From NCBI GenBank assembly GCA_964585025.1, contig CAZPCO010000003.1, positions 1 to 37,141 of the forward strand: 37,141 bases of DNA. Reading direction: 5' to 3'. Both the position numbers and the translations under genes were made by a program. Below, piece after piece: positions 34,001 through 37,141 of the stretch (the stretch's first letter is position 1; every line of letters begins with the position of its first letter). Below the pieces are notes generated by a model that saw only the letters and a program-made list of their open reading frames with translations, made no database searches and was not told the DNA's origin. Source of the stretch: an uncultured bacterium (GTDB taxonomy: Bacteria > Muiribacteriota > Ozemobacteria > Ozemobacterales > Ozemobacteraceae).

Positions 34001-36777
34001 TGAGCAGAGCAAACGCTGCAGACACAAGATTCATCATTGGCATCGACCTGGGGACCACCCAGTGCGCTCTTTCATATGTCGATCTTGAAGACAAGAATCT
34101 GAAAGTGCGCAATCTTGAGATCGCGCAACTGGTCAGCGGCGGCATGCTTGAAAATCTGCCGACCCTGCCATCGGTGATCTACCTCTGCGAAGAAGAGCGA
34201 GCCGTCAACCGCCCACCCTGGATGCGCCAGGACGGCATGATCGTCGGCGCTTACGCAAAAGAACTCGGGTTCGAAATTCCCGGTCGCTTTGTGCACAGCA
34301 GCAAATCATGGCTCTGCCACCCGCGCGCCGAGCGCCAGTCACCGATACTGCCATGGCAGAGCGAAGTGGTCGACCGCAAAATTTCTCCGGTCGAGGCCGC
34401 TACCGAATATCTGGCCTATCTGTCCCGTCTCTGGGATGCCACAATCGGCGCCAACAACGAAGCGTTCACTTTTGTGCGCCAGAAGGTCATTGTCACCGTT
34501 CCAGCTTCATTCGACCCTTCGGCCCGCAATCTGACGCTGGAAGCTATCGAAAAAGCCGGTATAAAATCAGTTTCGCTGATCGAAGAACCTCAGGCTGCAT
34601 TTTATGACTATCTGCAGCGCAATCCGAAAACCATGGTCGGCGAACTCAAGGGAGTCGATACGGTTCTCGTCATCGACATTGGCGGCGGCACTACCGACTT
34701 CAGTCTGATCAGAATCAACTGGTCGACTGACCGCGATTACCCCGAATTTTCGCGGCTCGCGGTTGGCCCGCATCTGCTGATCGGCGGCGACAACCTCGAC
34801 CTGGCACTGGCCAGACGCGTCGAAGCAGAATTCAAACATCGCGGCCGCAAACTGGCCGGCAAACAATGGTTGTCGCTGCTGGCTCAGAGCCACAGTAACA
34901 AAGAACAGGTATTGTCAGAAGAAGTTTCCGGGGGAGTGCATTTCAACCTCGCCGGCTCAGGCAGCAAGGTTCTCGCCGGTGCTGCCAAAATCAGTCTCGA
35001 CAGCGAAGAAATTAAGAAAACTCTGGTCGATGGCTTTTTTCCGCTTGTAGAAGCAGACGAAATGCCAGATGAAGACGATACTCTCGGCCTTTCCGAAGCC
35101 GGCTTGCCGTTCACTCGAGATGCGGCTGTCACCAGGCATCTGGCCGCTTTTCTGCGCGCCAATGACGTGAAGCCTGACGCCATTCTCTTCAACGGCGGAA
35201 CGATGAAAGCCGACTGTCTGCGCAACCGGTTGTTTGAAGTTCTTACCCTTTGGAAAGGCACAGAACCAAAGATTCTCGAGAACCCGCATCCGACACTCGC
35301 AGTTGCCGCGGGAGCCGCTTATTACGGGCTCGTGACTCTTGGCCTTGGGCAGCGCATTCAGAGCGGCAATCCAGTCTCTGTTTATCTGGGAATCGGCACT
35401 TCAAAATCATCGACTTCTTCGCGACATGTTCCAGAGCAACTGATGTGCATTCTTCCCAAAGGCTCCGAAGCCGAAAAAGACTACCACATGGCTGATAAAA
35501 CACTCGGTATCGACTTGAGCCGCGACTCAGCCTTCTATCTTTTTTATACGCCGGCCCCGCCAAAAGCAGAAGAAAGCGGGCGCCTGATCAAATTCAACTC
35601 AAAGCGCTACCTGCCGTTGCCGCCATGTATTCTCAAAGCCCGCACCAGCAAGGGCGAAAAGCAGGTCGAAATTCGTGTCAGATTACGCGAAACAGGCTAT
35701 CTGCAGATTTTTTGCGAAGAAGTCGCCGGCACCTTTTCCCAGGAACTTCGCTTCGACCTTGGCGAAAGCGATAAGGCCGGCAAAGGCGCAGCTGAAGCCC
35801 CGGCCAAACGCCGCGTGCCGCTGACCAGTTCCCAGCTCAAAAAGATCACCGCCCTGCTCGACGGTGCTTTTGCCGGAAAATCCGAATTCAACGCCGTATT
35901 TAAGGAACTGGAAGAAATCGTCGGTTCGCCGCGCACCAACTGGGATGCCGAAATGCTGCGCCAGCTCTTCGACCTTTTCATAGAACGCGAAACAGAATTC
36001 AGAAGCTCTCAGAGTTCGCTGGTTCTATGGTTCAGACTGCTTGGCTTCTGCCTTAGGCCAGGGTTCGGGGTGACAGGTGACGTCGAACGGGTTGACCGCA
36101 TCTGGAAAATGATCGACGATCAGTATGATTTCAGTAATGCCGAGTTCTGGTCTGAATGGTGGATCATGTGGAAACGCATCGCGCCCGGGCTGTCGCTCGA
36201 ACGCCAGGAAGCCCTGAAGAACAGGCTTGAACCGGTGCTTTTTCAGACCAAACGTCGCGAAAAACGTGACCGCGAAATCGGTCAGCATGAGCGTAACCAG
36301 CTCTGGAGACTGTTTGGTCACCTTGAACGTATTTCGGTGGCCGAAAAGGAACGCATCGGCTGGTGGATCATCAAAGCACCGCCCAGCTATGGCGTCGATG
36401 CCGTTGCGCTTTCCGCTCTTGCCCGACTCGGAGCCCGGGAACTCGCTTATGCTCCAGACTCCGCGATGGTTTCGCAGTCGGTGGTCAACGCATGGGCTGA
36501 ACAGCTTCTAAAAAAGGCAATTCCCGGCAATTCGTATCTTGACACCGCCCTGCGTGAAATAGGCCGCAAAACTGGTGACCGCATGGTGCAGATCGACGAC
36601 CTGCTGCGTAAGAATATTCTCGACGTTTTCAAAAAGAAAATGCGCAAGAAGGGTTTCATTCAGCCACTGCTAAAAGCGGCCCGCCTTGAAGAAAAAGAAC
36701 TTGCCGAAATGGTTGGCGAAGCTCTGCCATCAGGGTTTGTCTGGGTCAAAGACCAGCCGGCAACGAAATCGGATTAA
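34000..36777 (+). CDS. Non-canonical Hsp70-family ATPase with a C-terminal helical extension of about 336 aa (925 aa)
   Basis: The ATG overlaps the upstream TAA (TAATG at 33998-34002). The NBD motifs are GIDLGTTQ, VTVPASFD, EEPQAAFY, IDIGGGTTDFSLI, GGDNLDL, LFNGG and AVAAGAAYYG. A beta-rich segment ends near residue 588, followed by a Trp/Arg/Glu/Leu-rich tail in which I recognise no motif. Confidence 0.9.
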   Translation: MSRANAADTRFIIGIDLGTTQCALSYVDLEDKNLKVRNLEIAQLVSGGMLENLPTLPSVIYLCEEERAVNRPPWMRQDGMIVGAYAKELGFEIPGRFVHSSKSWLCHPRAERQSPILPWQSEVVDRKISPVEAATEYLAYLSRLWDATIGANNEAFTFVRQKVIVTVPASFDPSARNLTLEAIEKAGIKSVSLIEEPQAAFYDYLQRNPKTMVGELKGVDTVLVIDIGGGTTDFSLIRINWSTDRDYPEFSRLAVGPHLLIGGDNLDLALARRVEAEFKHRGRKLAGKQWLSLLAQSHSNKEQVLSEEVSGGVHFNLAGSGSKVLAGAAKISLDSEEIKKTLVDGFFPLVEADEMPDEDDTLGLSEAGLPFTRDAAVTRHLAAFLRANDVKPDAILFNGGTMKADCLRNRLFEVLTLWKGTEPKILENPHPTLAVAAGAAYYGLVTLGLGQRIQSGNPVSVYLGIGTSKSSTSSRHVPEQLMCILPKGSEAEKDYHMADKTLGIDLSRDSAFYLFYTPAPPKAEESGRLIKFNSKRYLPLPPCILKARTSKGEKQVEIRVRLRETGYLQIFCEEVAGTFSQELRFDLGESDKAGKGAAEAPAKRRVPLTSSQLKKITALLDGAFAGKSEFNAVFKELEEIVGSPRTNWDAEMLRQLFDLFIERETEFRSSQSSLVLWFRLLGFCLRPGFGVTGDVERVDRIWKMIDDQYDFSNAEFWSEWWIMWKRIAPGLSLERQEALKNRLEPVLFQTKRREKRDREIGQHERNQLWRLFGHLERISVAEKERIGWWIIKAPPSYGVDAVALSALARLGARELAYAPDSAMVSQSVVNAWAEQLLKKAIPGNSYLDTALREIGRKTGDRMVQIDDLLRKNILDVFKKKMRKKGFIQPLLKAARLEEKELAEMVGEALPSGFVWVKDQPATKSD

Positions 36778-36902
36778 CTCAAATAATCGGCCACGAATGA
36801 GCACGGATTAAATTCAACAGGCTGGAGAGTTCGGCCGGGCGCGCGGCAAGAAGCTTTTTTGCACAGGATATTGCGCTCCAGAAAAGCTTAGACACAACAA
36901 TA

Positions 36903-37141
36903 TCAGGTGCTCTCAGTTTTGAGGCGGATCAGTTCAAAAATTTTCACCGCCTGCTGCTTGCCTCGTATTTCGGTGAACGGCATTTCTTCTGCTTCGACAT
37001 AGGCACTGACCAGGTTGAAGGTAGCGCCCGAAAAGATGATTTTTGAATGCCGGCCTTTTTTGGAAGCCGATTCCAGTCGCGAGGCAAGATTGACTTCGTC
37101 GCCGATGACCGTCAGGTCTTTGCGGCGGGAACTGCCGACAT
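36903..37141 (-). CDS. Class III adenylate/guanylate cyclase, C-terminal part (5' end off-window)
   Basis: My translation of the minus strand gives VGSSRRKDLTVIGDEVNLASRLESASKKGRHSKIIFSGATF...IRGKQQAVKIFELI, ending at a TGA (36903-36905). The VIGD.VNLASRLES segment is the hallmark of class III cyclase catalytic domains. Confidence 0.8.
   Translation of the reverse strand, partial: VGSSRRKDLTVIGDEVNLASRLESASKKGRHSKIIFSGATFNLVSAYVEAEEMPFTEIRGKQQAVKIFELIRLKTEST

Noticed and set aside
32207-36777. Interpreting the two Hsp70-family genes as ordinary dnaK, hscA or hscC
   Set aside because: Several features argue against it: there is no adjacent grpE, dnaJ or hscB/fdx/isc context, and neither protein has a helical lid or C-terminal EEVD-like tail. 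They also share subfamily-specific inserts and motifs and are arranged in tandem behind a DUF2760-like gene. This still needs a phylogeny to confirm.
36851-36889. AAGCTTTT ... AAAAGCTT inverted repeat between the convergent Hsp70 and cyclase genes
   Set aside because: The arms are only 8 bp and AT-rich, and the loop is 23 nt. Neither orientation has a proper U-tract immediately after a stable stem, so it is too weak to call a terminator.
1-37141. Search for CRISPR arrays, tRNA/rRNA genes, transposases/integrases, prophage genes or island boundaries
   Set aside because: No regularly spaced direct repeats, no cloverleaf-capable intergenic segments and no recombinase-like ORFs were seen. The gaps are short and fully accounted for. 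The window looks like core chromosome, so a mobile-island interpretation of the Hsp70 module is not supported from this sequence alone.

Overview
This is a densely packed, chromosome-like segment with about 34 protein-coding genes. I saw no rRNA, tRNA, CRISPR array, transposase, integrase or terminal inverted repeats. All family assignments come from motif recognition by eye on the supplied translations, not from database searches. The gene content suggests an anaerobic diderm bacterium of uncertain phylum (inference): an SLH-anchored porin, ThyX, a radical-SAM HemW, an aldehyde:ferredoxin oxidoreductase and a sigma-54 activator.

Gene layout:
- 1-1614 (-): SLH porin, running off the window.
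- 1682-6464: membrane TPR-like protein, S1 protease, hemW, YdjM-like hydrolase and an MBL hydrolase.
- 6469-12472 (-): TPR/pseudo-peptidase protein, hybrid histidine kinase, double zinc-ribbon protein and a pRiA4b-ORF3-like protein.
- 12715-17115: two secreted alpha/beta hydrolases flanking a YbjN-like protein and a CPBP protease.
- 17414-18502 (+): mnmA.
- 18491-25155 (-): one long same-strand string, in transcription order sigma-54 activator, ComFB, STAS, rpmE, thyX, pheA-like, trkA, trkH.
- 25452-36777 (+): RRM protein, YkgJ-ferredoxin-AOR, a large ankyrin-repeat protein, then the top candidate module.
- 36903-37141 (-): a convergent class III nucleotidyl cyclase, truncated by the window edge.

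The best candidate for an undescribed system is the tightly coupled module at 31012-36777. It encodes a membrane-anchored coiled-coil protein with a DUF2760-like C-terminus, followed by two divergent Hsp70-family ATPases. One of them carries a helical extension of about 336 aa, and no J-domain or GrpE partner is present in the window.

Secondary candidates:
- A sensor-less sigma-54 activator packed against ComFB-like and STAS proteins.
- A TPR protein whose peptidase-MA-like domain has HExxH degraded to GELTR.
- A P-protein-like gene lacking the TRF motif.
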